A stretch of 64,000 nucleotides of DNA from the human T2T-CHM13v2.0 reference genome, Homo sapiens, in the NCBI RefSeq assembly GCF_009914755.1, contig NC_060925.1; one strand, 5' to 3'. Positions 1 to 15,505 of this stretch are shown here, piece after piece. The notes beneath the pieces are model-generated. The model was not told the origin of the DNA. It saw nothing but the letters and a program-made list of their open reading frames with translations, and did no database searches. Position 1 is the stretch's first letter. Each line of letters opens with the position of its first letter. The translations under genes were made by a program, and so were the position numbers.

Positions 1-519
1 TGATGCCATTATTTCTATGTGGTACTCCAGTAAATAGACTTTCTGTTTTAGGGAAGAAGAATAGTGTTCCCTCAAGTATATTAGGTTCAACATTAATTTC
101 CTTCATAACTTTCATTAGCAATAGAGGAAAGAGATGAATTTTAACCAGTAGAGGACAGTTGCAGCCAAAAACAAGTCAAGATGAAGGGCTTCCCCTTTAT
201 GGGATCTGAATTTCCTCTTCAAACTTTAAAATTAGGCTAGTTGGCTCATTACATCATAGGGGAAAAAAATAAACCCCATTTGCATGAATTTCACCAAATT
301 TGGAGATTGTGTGTTGATCTAAAATTAAAAACATAATGTATATAAAACATTTTAGAGGCCCCAGAGTTGTTTAGATAGGTAGGCTATCAACCTCCAGAAT
401 CAGCTTATGTAGGTATGTGGGATGTAGTGATGATGGATAGAGAAAGTAGTGGCTCCCAGTAGGAGCTCTAAACAGAAAGGGCAGGTATTTTGAGTTTCAG
501 GCATCTGCAGGCATCCATG

Positions 520-523
<4 letters not shown>

Positions 524-605
<82 letters not shown>
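524..605. repeat. Compound microsatellite (TC)22(TG)19
   Basis: Directly visible pure dinucleotide tracts joined without a spacer. Confidence 0.97.
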
Positions 606-610
<5 letters not shown>

Positions 611-1602
611 GAGAGTGGGAGAATGAGAATAGAGGTGGATAAATTTCCCAAGCAACTTCAGGGAGGGCAGTTATTTTAGACAGGATGACTGATTTTTATT
701 CATTCAGAGTAATTATTTATGTTCATTTTCTCCAGAATTGAAGTAATCCTCTATTATTATTTATTATCGAAAATAAATGAAAAGGTTAACTTGTAATACT
801 ATAACCACTGTTGGCATTTCAAGTCATTTCTTTCTAATTTTTAAAATGTTTTTAAAGCATTTGTAATCATACTGTATAATTTTGCATTATGCTTTTGTTA
901 TTTAGTATGGGAAAATGCTAGATACCTACAGTACTTGATACATAATAGGCACTCAATAACTATTTACTAAAGAAGGAATTATTGACTTGTTTAAAAATCT
1001 TTTGAATGGACCATCAAGCGACTATACCATAATTGACCTAATTGTTATCCTTTGTTGTTTCTAAATTTTCCTGTCTTAAAAATACATTGAATATTTTGAT
1101 GTAAATCACTTTTCCTGAAGCATATAGTTTTTCCTATGTATAAAGTTATTTTCTTAGGACAGGTTCCCAGAAGCAATTAGGGGTCAAATAAAGTATTAGA
1201 ACTCTTGGTTGCAAGGGGCAGAAACTTAATTGGGAAACATTTTGGCCAATCTTGTCAGGGGCTTCCAGGATAACTCTCAGTTATGTTTCTCAGTTATGTT
1301 TCTGCCCCTTGTCTCTTTCCTCTATTGCTGGGACTTCAGCCTTTGCTGTATTGGGTGCTCAGTTTATACTCCCAGGGCTTTGCTTCTTGTTTACCAGTGC
1401 TCTTCTTTGCTTTTCTCTGGCAGACTCTTGCCATCTGGTGGTAAAGATTGGCTTTGGCAATTTTTTGTAGTTTACAATCCTGATTTGTATATGTAAAATG
1501 TAATAAGCAAGGTGGTTCTCCCAAGGAAAGGATTTTGGACAGACAGGAAAAGGATGTTTGCTATAAGTGTTTTATTAAATGTTATTAAAATATTATTTGA
1601 TT

Positions 1603-1879
1603 TATTTTTGAGACAAAGTCTTGCTCTGTCACCTAGGCTGGAGTGCAGTGGTGCCATCACAGCTTACTGTAGCCTTGACTTCCTGGGCTCAAGCCATCCT
1701 CCCACCTCAGCCTCCTGAGTATCTAGGACTACAAGCATGCACCACCACATCCTATTAATTTTTCTGTAATTTTTCTAGAGATGGGGTCTCACTGTATTGC
1801 CCAGGCTAGTCTTGAATACCTGGGCTCAAGCAGTCCTCCCAAAGTGCTGGGATTACAGGCCTGAGCTTCCATGCCCAGC
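1603..1879 (-). mobile_element. Alu SINE (AluJ-like)
   Basis: Antisense Alu: T-rich tail, GGCTGGAGTGCAGTGG, CCCAAAGTGCTGGGATTACAGGC. Confidence 0.9.
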
Positions 1880-2252
1880 AATTATTTCATTTTAAATTAT
1901 TTTTATTAAATGTGTAATAGTTTATTAGTATTTTATCATTCTTGATAGCCATTGATAGTGACTTCCAAAAGTTTATTCTAGCCTTAGTAATAGTTCTTAT
2001 TTTACTATCCTTTCACCACATTGAATATTATTTTCTAAATACTTTGCTAATTTAATGGATTAAAAATAGTAGCTTGTTTATATTTCCTTTTTTAACTTAA
2101 CGTCTATCATAAATATTTTTTGTAATTAATTTAAATGGCTGTTTACTTTTTTATTCCACAGATTTACTATGTTTGCCATGCTGTTTTCCAGTTATTGTTC
2201 ATTAGGGTTGTTTTATGGTTCTTATATATTTTTTAACCTCTGTAGGTAATAA

Positions 2253-2502
<250 letters not shown>

Positions 2503-2744
2503 AGACTGCAAGTTATTTCAGCTCTGTAAGTTTTTTGGCTCTTGTGAGTTTTTCCTTTGAAAAAATTCTATTGATGATATTCTTGCATCAAAGATAAACA
2601 TCTTTATCTTTTTGCTTTCAAATAATTTTACCAACTTATATTTCTATCAGTATTGTGTAACTACAGATATTTTATCACATCTTTACTAATATGGAGCATT
2701 ACATTTTTTAAATTTTTTGTTTTTTATTTTTAAAATAAGATTTA

Positions 2745-3188
2745 CAATATTTAAAAAATAGAGATGGGGTCTCGTTATGTTGACCAGGCTGGTCTCAAAC
2801 TCCTTGCCTCAAGGTATTCTCCCATCTTGGCCTTGCAAAGTGTTGGGATTACAGGCGTGAGCCACTGTGCCTGGCCTATTTTATTTACTTATTTTTTTGA
2901 ACCAAGGTCTCACTCTGTCACCTGGGCTGGAGTGCAGTGGTGCAGTTGCAGCTCACTGCAGTTTCAGCCTCCTGGGCTCATGCGATCCTCCCATCTCAGC
3001 CTCCTAAGTAGCTAGAGCTACAGGCACGTGCCACCATGCCTGGCCAGGTTTTTTTTTTTTGTATTTTTTGTAGAGACTGGGTTTTGGCATGTTTCTCAGG
3101 CTGGTCTTGAACTCCTGAGCTCAGGCAATCTGCCCGCCTCAGCCTTCCAAAGTTCTGGGATTACAGGCATGAGCCACTGTGCCCGGCC
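2745..3188 (-). mobile_element. Alu left-arm fragment followed by a full Alu
   Basis: Two adjacent antisense Alu segments (2745-2876, 2890-3188). Confidence 0.85.
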
Positions 3189-3389
3189 ACTTTGAGCATT
3201 ATTTTAAGAATGTTTGTTGGTTGATTGGGTATAAAAAGCAGTCTCAATTTGCAGTTTTAAGTTTCACGCTTTTCAGTAAAAATTTTCATTTTTCCCTTGC
3301 ATTCCCCAACTCTTACCTTCTTATCCAGTTTAGAGTATAAATACCAGATATGCCCTCTGCTTTACGTTATTTCTTCTTCTTGTGCCCAG

Positions 3390-3490
3390 GTCTGGTCCAT
3401 CGAACTCATATGTCATCCTGTCGGGTGGATAAGCCCTCTGAGATAGTAGATGTTGGAGATAAAGTGTGGGTGAAGCTTATTGGCCGAGAG
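3390..3490 (+). CDS. ZCCHC17: ZCCHC17 (pNO40) internal coding exon (exon 4 of the usual model), S1 domain: GLVHRTHMSSCRVDKPSEIVDVGDKVWVKLIGRE
   Basis: Polypyrimidine tract plus cccag acceptor, GAG|gtaaag donor, 101 nt, phase 1 to 0; peptide recognised as the ZCCHC17 S1 domain. Upstream exons lie left of the window. Confidence 0.96.
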
Positions 3491-4071
3491 GTAAAGTTCT
3501 GTGCGGCTCCCTTGTGGTTAGAAAGGATTAGGAAGAGCTGGGATTTTTGATATTTTATGATAGTGAGTGTGTAAATTTTGTTAATTGTGCTGATAATCTT
3601 ATTTTTAAATCCTGCCATTAGAATCTATTCTGAATTCAAACCTTCTGGTAGACTGTCCTGCAAACTCAGAAGGAATGATATGAGCTATAAAAGTGTGGTG
3701 CAATAAGTGCACGTTTGTAAAACTTCCCTCCCTGAAGTTTACCCATAGGGTGGGCCGGAGGAGAGAAAAAAGAACCAAAAAGAGAGAAGGAAAGTTGACC
3801 TATGGGACAAGTGTTTATCACAGACTTCAAAGAATACCTGCCAGATACACTTCAGTTTGGGACAAAACAAAAAGAACACAGATAGTTTACAGTCATTTTC
3901 CCTAATATCTGGCACCATGCAATGTGCAGAAAGTGAAAAAAATCTGAAGGACCCTGTTACTCACTTGAGGGTATGAGGGCTGTGGGTGTGGGCCGACCAC
4001 AGGAGAAATAAGAGCATACACTGAGTCCTGTTCTACCAGAGACAGCACAGGAGATAGGCATGAAAGAACTA

Positions 4072-4760
4072 TTATTCAACAATATTTAAGTGCTTAATAT
4101 GTGCTAGGTTTGGGAGATATAAGAGCGAACCAGACAAAAATGATCCCAGCTATTATGGAGTTAATATAGAATATAAGTAGAGACAATTTTTCTTTCTTTT
4201 TTGAGACAGGGTCTCTCTTTGTCACCCAGGCTGGAGTACAGTGGTGCCATCACGGCTCACTGCAACCTCAGCCTCCTGGGCTCAACTGATCTTGCCACCT
4301 CAGCCTCCTGAGTATCTGGGACTACAGGCACGCACCACTAAACCTGGCCTTTTTTTTTTTTTTTTTTTTAATTTTTTTGTCAAGATGGGGTCTCACTGTG
4401 TTACTACCCAGGCTGGTTCAAACTCCTGGGCTCAAGTGATCCTCCTGCCTTTGCCTCCCCAAGTGCTGGAATTACAGGCATGAATTTCCATGCCTGACCA
4501 AGACAAATATACATAAAATAATTGCAAGTTATATTAAGTGCTATATTGGGTTCAAACACTATTGGAAGAAGATTTCTAGTTGTCAGGAAAGGACTCTTTG
4601 AGGAGATAGAATATGAGCTGAGACCTTAAAGAAAAGGAACTAGTCATGGAAGACTTGGGATAGGAACATTCCAGGCAGAGAGAATAACTGATGCAAAGAC
4701 CCTGAAGTGAAGAAGTGCTTCATGTGCTGCGGGAAGCAAAAGAAGACCAATGTGACAAAT
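4072..4760 (-). mobile_element. L2 fragment interrupted by an antisense Alu (4186-4499)
   Basis: L2 3'-end-like attcaacaatatttaagtgcttaatatgtgctagg; Alu consensus within it. Confidence 0.55.
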
Positions 4761-5171
4761 GTCTTCATGCTTAAAGAAGCTCTAGACCAAGTCCAGAAGG
4801 AGATCTAGTCTCTTGAAGTATTCAAAAACCTATTCTGGACTTAGGGATATCTCAACAAATCACTATGCTGAACTTACCTGGAAGAAAAACTTTTATTTTC
4901 TGCCTGGTTACTTCCACAAGCCATGGATTTTTTGAGCTACCATTTTTGTCTTTCCCTCAGAGGGACAAGAATGAGATTAAGACTGTTTCCTAAAATTCTT
5001 CTGCCACAGGGTCTACCTGTTATGCTTATTTGTATCTGCAATGTTCCTAGCACAGTACCTGGTCCATTAAAGAAGCTCAATGTTATGATGAAAACGTTGA
5101 CTCTTAATTTTAGACTGGCCATCTAAATGATGTATTTAAAGTTTTTGGTGACTTTTTTTGGTCTCTTTCAG

Positions 5172-5263
5172 ATGAAAAATGATAGAATAAAAGTATCCCT
5201 CTCCATGAAGGTTGTCAATCAAGGGACTGGGAAAGACCTTGATCCCAACAATGTTATCATTGA
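5172..5263 (+). CDS. ZCCHC17: ZCCHC17 coding exon 5: MKNDRIKVSLSMKVVNQGTGKDLDPNNVII(E)
   Basis: tctctttcag acceptor, GA|gtaagt donor, 92 nt, frame continuous with both flanking exons. Confidence 0.96.
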
Positions 5264-5409
5264 GTAAGTAAAAGGTTTGGAAAGGTGAAAATTCTTCTGC
5301 CTCCCAAATCATAAAATGGTTTAGTAAATCAGACTGAACTGGTAACTCTACCATTTATGGACTTTGTGATATTGATAAGTTACGTAACCTTTGCAATCTT
5401 TGGTTTTTA

Positions 5410-5753
<344 letters not shown>

Positions 5754-6171
5754 AGTTAACACCTTGCTGCATAGAGTTCTAAGATGAAACGTTAACGTAC
5801 CAAGCTCCTGGCATTGGAGTGCTCCATCAATGGTTTTGTTTCCTTTCCCTTAATCTCTTTCTGTTTCTGCCCTTTAACGAGTTAGCTAATAAGCATTCAT
5901 GAAGAACTATTCTTTACCTCTCTCCCAGTGATTTCTGCAGGTGGGGTTACGTGGGTCTCTTCCACATAGAGACCACGTGGAAGGGTAGAGTAATCCAGGA
6001 ACAACTCCAGCGGGGTTTAGACTCCCACATCTTGGGATACACTGTGCTCTGAAAACAACATCTTACTTTCGTTGGCTCTTCTGACCTTTCATTTAGGAAT
6101 GGGAAATTATCTATGTAGGACAATGTCTGGCAATACAAGGAATGTTCTGTCTGTCTCAAGTCTTTCTTGGA

Positions 6172-6833
<662 letters not shown>

Positions 6834-8272
6834 TTGGAGGGTTTATTAACTGTTTTTAGTGTTTTAGAAAGCCATCCAAAATTCTATGTGTGTCCTCAGG
6901 TTAACCATGCTGTTATTTTGTTGCTTTTGATGATAAAATATCACATTGTTTGTCTTATGTTAATTAGGTACGCTCAATGACAATTATGTCATTGATGAAT
7001 TTAAAAGACAAGAAAAATGATAGAATGTTATTTGAGTGGGATCTTATTGGTGAAAAGTTTGGAAAGCCTTATGTTTATAGTTCTGAGCAAAATCACTTTG
7101 AATTTGAAGGAATTTTATCTGGAAGTAAGGGAAATGTTATTGAATACATACTGCAGTGCCAGGCATTTTATGTACATTCTTGGGTACATAACAACCTGCA
7201 AAGTGGATGTTATCTCCATTTTACCTTATATTCCTACTTTATAGCTTGGTGCCTGGTGATAAGTAACTTACCTGTGGTTACATAGAAAATTATCAGGGAC
7301 TCAAAACTCAGTCTCTCTGACCTTAAAGCTAATGCCCTTTTCACCACAAAATGCTTCTCACTCTTGCATGTGACTTACAGAACTTTTCATATTTCTGTGG
7401 TTTAGTCTCTAAATATTAACATGTTTGTAAGGCTGATTATTGACAAAATACTGTCAGTAATAGTAGGAATCTTTTATAACTCAGAGTGCAGAAGTGTTTA
7501 AATCTGGCTGTGGTTCAAGTTAGTGTTGGGAAAAGGAAAAAGAAAAAATTCTGATGATTGCATTGTAATAAATAGCTTCTGCTCCAAAAAATCCAATGCT
7601 ATATGGACTCATTAAAAAATAGTGAAATTTCCCAAAGCCACCCTTACAGTGATAAAATATAAAACATGTAAGATAAAAGAGCTAACCCTGTTTCTCAGAA
7701 AATGGGTAGGGAAGGGAAAGGGCTCCCTGGTTTTGGGCTGTCTCTGTGTAGAACTATTTTTAGTAATAATCAAGTGGCTGAAACAGTAACTTTTGTTGTA
7801 AATTATGTCTATAGCTGCATCCAGGAAGGAAGCATGGCATAATGGAATGATTAGAGGATTTAGAGCTAGACTTGAATCAGAAAGAGTACTGGTTCTGCTC
7901 CAAACTAATATATGACTTTGAGCAGATTAATTAGTCTATCTGAATCTTAGCTTCTTTACTATAAAAGGAGACAGTAACATATATCTAAGGAATGCTTGAG
8001 TGATTTAAGTAAAATCTTATTTGTAAGGAGCCAGCTTCATGTCTAGTCTATGGTAGACATACATGTAGCTACTTGTAGTTATTGTTTTAAATGCCGCTTT
8101 GTTTTATCCTCTAATATCTGAGATTATAGCACCTTTTCTTTTTTCCTCATACTATGGTGTACGGAACCACACCTTTGCTTTTGAAAGAGTGTGTGTGTAA
8201 GACCCACAAAAACAGAGACCATGACTTGTCTGCCATTGTGCCTGATGTATAGCATCCATAGTATTCATTTAG

Positions 8273-8561
8273 TTTTTTTGAGATGGAGTCTCACTCTGTT
8301 ACCCAGGCTGGAGTGTAGTGGTACAATCGTGGCTCACTGCAACTCTGCCTCCTGGGTTCAAGCAATTCTCATTCCTCAGCCTCCCGAGTAGCTGGGATTA
8401 CAGGCATAGTCCACCATGCCTGGCTAATTTTTGTATTTTTAGTAGAGACGGGGTTTCACCATGTTGACCAGGCAGGTGTCAAACTCCTGACCTCAAGTGA
8501 TCCCCCGCCTCAGCCTCCCAAAGTGCTGGGATTACAGGCATGAGCCACTACCGCTCAGCCC
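8273..8561 (-). mobile_element. Alu SINE
   Basis: Antisense Alu consensus. Confidence 0.9.
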
Positions 8562-8639
8562 TAGTTAGTACTTTCATTTACTCATTTGTTCAACAAATAT
8601 AAGGCAACTTGTAATAAATACTAAAAGAGTAGTTTAAAG

Positions 8640-8977
8640 CAGTTGTCCCCGACCTTTTTGTCACCAAGGACTACTTTTGTGGAAGACCAATTTTTCCATG
8701 GATAGGGGGCTGGAATGGTTTTGGGATGAAACCGTTCCACCTTAGATCATCAGGCATTAAATTCTCATAGGGGGTGCGCAACCTAGATCCCTCACATGTG
8801 CAGGTCACAATAGGGTTTGCACTCCTATGAGAATCTAATGCTGCTGCTGATCTGATAGGAGGCGGAGCTCAGGTGGTAATGCTCCTTCACCTGCTGCTCA
8901 CCTCCTGCTATGCAGCTTGGTTCCTAACAGGCCATGGACCAGTAGCAGTCTGTGGCCTGGGGGTTAGGGACTCCCTG
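8640..8977 (+). mobile_element. MER1B-like hAT-Charlie DNA transposon
   Basis: CAG..TCCCC and GGGA..CCCTG terminal inverted repeats, ~338 bp, flanked by tttaaag on both sides; internal sequence matches recalled MER1 consensus. Confidence 0.8.
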
Positions 8978-9289
8978 TTTAAAGAAAGGGTTCTAGGAAT
9001 TCACTTGAGGAGGAATAGTTTACTTCAGGCCTTGATGGTCAGAGAATAGGTGGTATTTGAGTTAGGTTTTGAAGAACAGATAAGATCTTGTCAGACAGCA
9101 GGGGAAGGAATGGTATTTCAGGCAAAAGAAATGGTTTGAGGAAAGGAATGAGGCAGAAAAGCACATAGTACATTTGGGAACCTTGTTTAAGGAAAGAAGA
9201 GGATATGGTCAAGTACTAGAATGGAAGGCTTGAAAGATAATTTAGGGTCAGATTGTGGAGAGCCATGAATATCAGTTAAAGAATATGAA

Positions 9290-9575
9290 TTTTTATTTAT
9301 TTATTTTTTGAGATGGACTCTTGCTCTGTTACCCAGGCTGGAGTACAGTGGCATGATCTCTGCCTCCCAGGTTCAAGCAATTCTCCTGCCTCAGCCTCCT
9401 GAGTAGCTGGGATTACAGGTGCCCACCACTGCGCCCGGCTAATTTTTGTATTTTTAGTAGAGACGGGGTTTCACCATGTTGGCCAGGCTGGTCTTGAACT
9501 CCTGGCCTCAAGTAATCCGCCTGCCTTGGCCTCCCAAAGTGCTGGGATTACAGGCGTGAGCCATCACACCCAGCC
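9290..9575 (-). mobile_element. Alu SINE
   Basis: Antisense Alu, TSD atgaattttt. Confidence 0.9.
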
Positions 9576-9903
9576 CATGAATTTTTTTAAAAAAGCCTTT
9601 GGACAGAGAGGCTTCTCGTCAGATTAACCTCCCCAGGAATCCCATTGTCTGGCCTTGCCCTGTTATGCTCAGTATTCTCATCCTGTCTTCAGCCATCCAT
9701 AGTTTGTTAGCCACCTTTCATTTTCCATAAAAATCTAACTCTTATATTCATCCCCTCAGGTCCCAAAGTGTTAATGAGATAATCTAATAAGTGACTCTGT
9801 AAATGGAAAGGGGCTAAAAGCAGTTTCCAATTAGGCATAGCCTGCAAAGTACAGTCTTTTTCTTTTTTATTATGATCAAGATCAGAATTGAGTGTAGTAT
9901 ATA

Positions 9904-10505
<602 letters not shown>

Positions 10506-11069
10506 GTCCATAGGGTAGTCTTTAGAAAAAGCACATATGACTTAACTCTGTTAAAATTTTTCATTTGTATGTCTCCCTCCATTGCCAGACTATTAGTTCT
10601 TTCCAGAAAAGAATCATGTTTTGTTCGTTTTGGTATACATAATTATTACTATCACTAGTATTAGCACTGGCGTTATCCACTTACTAGCTGTACTGAAAAA
10701 ATGAGATTAATCTCAGAATCTGTGCTGGGATGGATTGGAGGAAGAAAACTGGAGGCAGGGAGACCAGTGAGGGAGTTATTACTCTAGATGAAACATGATG
10801 GGAGCCTAAACTAGAATGATGGCAATGAGGACAAAAAGAGAGACGTGGGTGACTGACACATTTGTTGAATTGAGTGTTAAGTGGGAAGTATGATTTGGTT
10901 TGTAGTCTGGTAGAAGCCACAGAGTATTGGAATTGATTGTCATGGGGGTTGCTTAAGCTGCAACTCACAGCCACTTGAAACTCATCTCTACAAATAGATA
11001 GGTGAAAGCAAAAACCATGTTTGTGAGTTCCTTGAGTTATGTCCTCAAGTTTCTGCCTTTGTTATGGGT

Positions 11070-11671
<602 letters not shown>

Positions 11672-11762
11672 TTAATGTTCTGTTTTTTGATCTGAGTACT
11701 GGTTACTTTGGTATGTTCAAATTATGAAAAATCAAGTGAGCTGTATACTTATGACAGACATT

Positions 11763-11858
11763 TATATATATATATATATATTATATTATATATATATATT
11801 ATAATATATATATATAATATAATATATATATATATAATATAATATATATATATATATT
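11763..11858. repeat. AT-only (TA)n-derived tract containing a perfect 70-bp palindrome (11767-11836)
   Basis: Base-by-base pairing checked around the centre 11801/11802. Confidence 0.93.
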
Positions 11859-12235
11859 AGTTCTCACACTGCTATAAGAACTACCTGAGACTGGGTAATT
11901 TATAAAGAAAAGAGGTTTAATTGACTTATAGTTCCACTGCCTGTATAGGAGGCATGGCTGGGGAGGCCTCAGGAAACTTACAGTCATGGCTGAAGGGTGA
12001 AGGGGAAGCAAGCATATCTTCATATGGCGGCAGGAGAGAAAGAGAGAGAGAGCAAAGGGGAAAGTGCCACACACTTTTAAACCATCAGATCTCATGAGAA
12101 CTCCCTCACTATCACATGGGGGAAATCCGACCCCATTATCCAATCACCTCCCACAAGGTCCCTCCCCCAACACTGGGAATTACAATGTAACATGAGATTT
12201 TTGTGTGTGGGGGAACACAGAGCCAAATCACATCA
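11855..12235 (-). mobile_element. MSTA-like MaLR solo LTR
   Basis: ctacctgagactgggtaatttataaagaaaagaggtttaattgac ... gaggcctcaggaaacttaca ... gagccaaatcacatca matches the reverse of the recalled MST/THE1 consensus. Confidence 0.85.
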
Positions 12236-12913
12236 ACATATATATTATATTTTGGTAAGAAGTCTAAAAATGTTTTAAAAGGCTATGAGAAATGCAACAA
12301 AGAGATTAATTCTGTCTGAGGGGCTCAGAGGAAAAGACTTGATAGAAGGAGAGCTAGTAACTGAACTGAGCCATGAAATGTCTAGGTATAGTGAAGTGGT
12401 GAGGTGAGAGTCAAGTGGGGAAACAGAGCATTTCAGAGAGGGGGAGAACTGCCTGAGCAAAAGCACTGAGCCACATGGATAAGAGAAAATAGACTTCTTT
12501 GGCCAGAGCATATTGTGTGAGTAAAGATGAGGCTGGAAAAGTAGTTTAGAGACAAACTGTGAAAGACCTTGAATGCCAAGGTAAAGAATTTGGAGCTGAT
12601 TTTCTAGAAAGCCTTTGAAGGTCTTTTAAACCTATGAGTGACCTGGTAAGGGTTGTAGGGTGTTTAGCATGTTGAGTAATTATATATTTTCATCCTCTGT
12701 GCATTAGTGAGATGAAGGTTAGTCTCATTCGTAATTGTTAATTTAGGGCTATTTCACATCATTGCATTTACTGCCTGTCTCGTTCTGTCAAAAACTTTCT
12801 TTCTTTCTCCCCTTTCCCTGCCAAAAACAAAAACCCAACATACAACCTTACCTTGTAGTATCTCTGGCCATATCTCTTAAGGGGGCCGGCAGTCGGTATC
12901 TTTTTCATTATAG

Positions 12914-13014
12914 GCAAGAAGAGAGGCGGAGGCGATCCTTCCAGGATTACACTGGGCAGAAGATCACCCTTGAGGCTGTCTTGAACACTACCTGCAAGAA
13001 GTGTGGCTGTAAAG
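12914..13014 (+). CDS. ZCCHC17: ZCCHC17 coding exon 6: QEERRRRSFQDYTGQKITLEAVLNTTCKKCGCK(G); first half of CCHC zinc knuckle
   Basis: tttttcattatag acceptor, AAG|gtaggg donor, 101 nt, phase 2 to 1. Confidence 0.96.
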
Positions 13015-13914
13015 GTAGGGTGAAGCCTCTGCCCTTTCCACGTTTCTCTCCTTGTGGATGGACCCTTTTCTGGAAGAAGGAGGCAGCCCAGTGTGAGTTT
13101 AGTTTACCCTGTTTTTTAGCCAAGTGATGGCCTTTGCTGTTTTTTCCACCAGACTCACATCAGAGTTCATGGGGTGATACATTTTCTGTTTTCTTTTCTG
13201 AGTGCTGGCCCTACCAGATACTATACCACTACCACCACTCCTCCCACCCCACCCACAGCATATGCCTTGTCTGGGCAAGACCCCCATGAACTATGCCAGG
13301 AGGAGTAAGAGTGTTGGATTATGATTAACACTCTAATTTTATCTCCAAGGATGATGATTCTGCAAAAATTAAGCAACTTAGACATATATAACTTAAAGAT
13401 CCAAGTCAGACTCTCATCTTTATCTCTTTAATGTCAGAGTTCTGAATACAATATCTTTTTACAGGATATTGAATAAAGAATACAGGATAGTCACTTCTTT
13501 TTAGCTCTATTTCCTCAGGTTTCCTCTACTCTTACTCAAATTTTAAAAGGTCTTTCAGCCTGATCCCTAGTTGGAGCTATAATGAGAGAGATTGCCAGCT
13601 TCTCATTTTCAGGTTGACCTCAATTGTCACCCCTTCTCCCTAGTCTTCCGTCTACCCTACTGTGTGATTTTTCTACAATAACTGGTAGCAGATTTGTGCC
13701 CTGGTTGAAGTTGTGGGGTTTTAAGCCCCTATTTATCATTAGCATAGAGGGGAGAAGGAAAAAATAAAATTGAGAGAAAGAATACCTCCTCAGGAAAACT
13801 GTGGGAACATTCCAGGTATTTGGAAAACTCTGCTATATTTCCCTGCCAGGTGCCACCCAGCTGTTGGACCCAGAGGTACAGAGTACTTTACAGATAGCTT
13901 TTTTTGTTGTTTTT

Positions 13915-14180
13915 AAGGTAGGGTCACCCAGGCTGGAGTGTAGTGTTATGATCATGGCTCACTGCATCTTTGACCTCCTGGGCTCAAGCAATCCTACCTC
14001 AGCCTCCTGAGTAGCTGGGACCACAGGTGTGTACCACCATGTCCAGCTAATTTTTAAAAATTTTTTGTAGAGACGGGGTTTCCCTGTGTTGCCCAGGCTG
14101 GTCTCCCTGGGCTCCAGTGATCCTCCTGCCTCAGCCTCCCAAAGTACTGAGATTATAGGCATAAGCCACTGTGCCCAGCC
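13915..14180 (-). mobile_element. Alu SINE (AluJ-like)
   Basis: Antisense Alu consensus. Confidence 0.88.
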
Positions 14181-15102
14181 CACACATAGCTTTTTGATTA
14201 TCTCATACAATTCCTCTGTGCCCCTAAGACAGGATCTACCACAAACTCAGACACAACTAGCAGTGTAGAGCATAGCATCTGTTAAAGGGCCCCTCAGTAC
14301 CACTATAGGCTCAGTGAAGGTGGGGGTCTTTTAACCTTAACCGTGTCCAACAGGCATTACATAAAGAAGAGAAGAATAATGAGAGGTGGAATTTGTCCCA
14401 GTTAGTAAAGGTCAGGTCAAAGGTAGTTGGTTTTGGTGCAGCAGAAAGCACAGGGCAGGGAGGCATGAGACCCAGGATAAGTTTGAACTCTGCTTCTGTC
14501 TATATGACCTTGAGCTACTTCTCAAATCTGGGCTTTCATCTTCTACAAATGTAGGATGGATTTAATGATTTCCAAGGTGCTTGCCAGACCTGACAGTCTG
14601 TAAATGTTCAGTGCCCCTAGGTGACTGTGCCTATTTCTCTGTGTGTTAGCTTAGATGTGAGTGCCCACTTGCTACCAGCTACCTACAAGCTATATTCCTT
14701 TAGGGCTTGGCCTGCCACTCAGCTCCTTCTGCTAAACATCCTGCTCTCTGGAGCAGTCTTTGATTGTCAGGAATATGTTCCAAAATAGATCTTAAAAAAT
14801 TAATAAGCCCCATTGTTAATGGAGGGCAGTAAAAACCTGCATCCTCATATCCTTTGCCATTTCGAGAACAGTACCAGTGTTCCCCACAGCCCTGAGACCA
14901 GCTGCTAGTCTGGCTGTGGTTGAGTGAGCAGTGTCATGTTGAGGTGGTAGAAAATCTACCCTGAATCAAACAGCTGCTTTGAATGAACTCAACAATATTT
15001 CCTGAGCCAGCTAGCCCATTTCAGGAGACTTGGGGAAAGATTCACTTGCTGAGAAGAGAGACTACTTCCTTTTTCTATACCTTTTCTACTTTTCTTCTGC
15101 AG

Positions 15103-15248
15103 GCCACTTTGCAAAAGATTGTTTCATGCAACCAGGTGGGACTAAATACTCTCTGATACCTGATGAGGAAGAGGAAAAGGAAGAGGCAAAGTCAGCAGAG
15201 TTTGAGAAGCCTGACCCTACAAGGAATCCTTCTAGAAAAAGAAAGAAG
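15103..15248 (+). CDS. ZCCHC17: ZCCHC17 coding exon 7: GHFAKDCFMQPGGTKYSLIPDEEEEKEEAKSAEFEKPDPTRNPSRKRKK
   Basis: Long pyrimidine tract plus tgcag acceptor, AAG|gtgaat donor, 146 nt; completes C-X2-C-X4-H-X4-C. Confidence 0.96.
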
Positions 15249-15311
15249 GTGAATGCTACTTTGCTTTTATTTTATCATGTCTTTTTCAAGTTTTAAGATG
15301 AAAATCTGAAA

Positions 15312-15505
15312 AGCCTCATGCAGCAGTACACACCTGTAGTCCCAGCTACTTGGGAGGATAGGTGGGAGGATTGCTCGAGGCCAGAAGTTTAAGGCTGCGG
15401 TGCGCTATGATTATGCCTGTGAATAGCCACTGCATTCCACTCTGAACAACATAGTGAGACCCAATCTCTAAAAAGAAATTTTTTTTGTTAAAAAAAAAAG
15501 AAAAA
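15312..15505 (+). mobile_element. FAM (fossil Alu monomer)
   Basis: Monomer retaining the 7SL-derived segment gcgctatgat..gcctgtgaatagccactgc, which is absent from dimeric Alu arms. Confidence 0.75.

Noticed and set aside
400-651. 83-aa ORF with HT/ER dipeptide runs
   Set aside because: Translation of the (TC)n(TG)n microsatellite
14409-14426. DR1/PPRE-like AGGTCAGGTCAAAGGTAG
   Set aside because: Second half-site has two mismatches and it is 25 kb from the FABP3 promoter; unsupported without binding data
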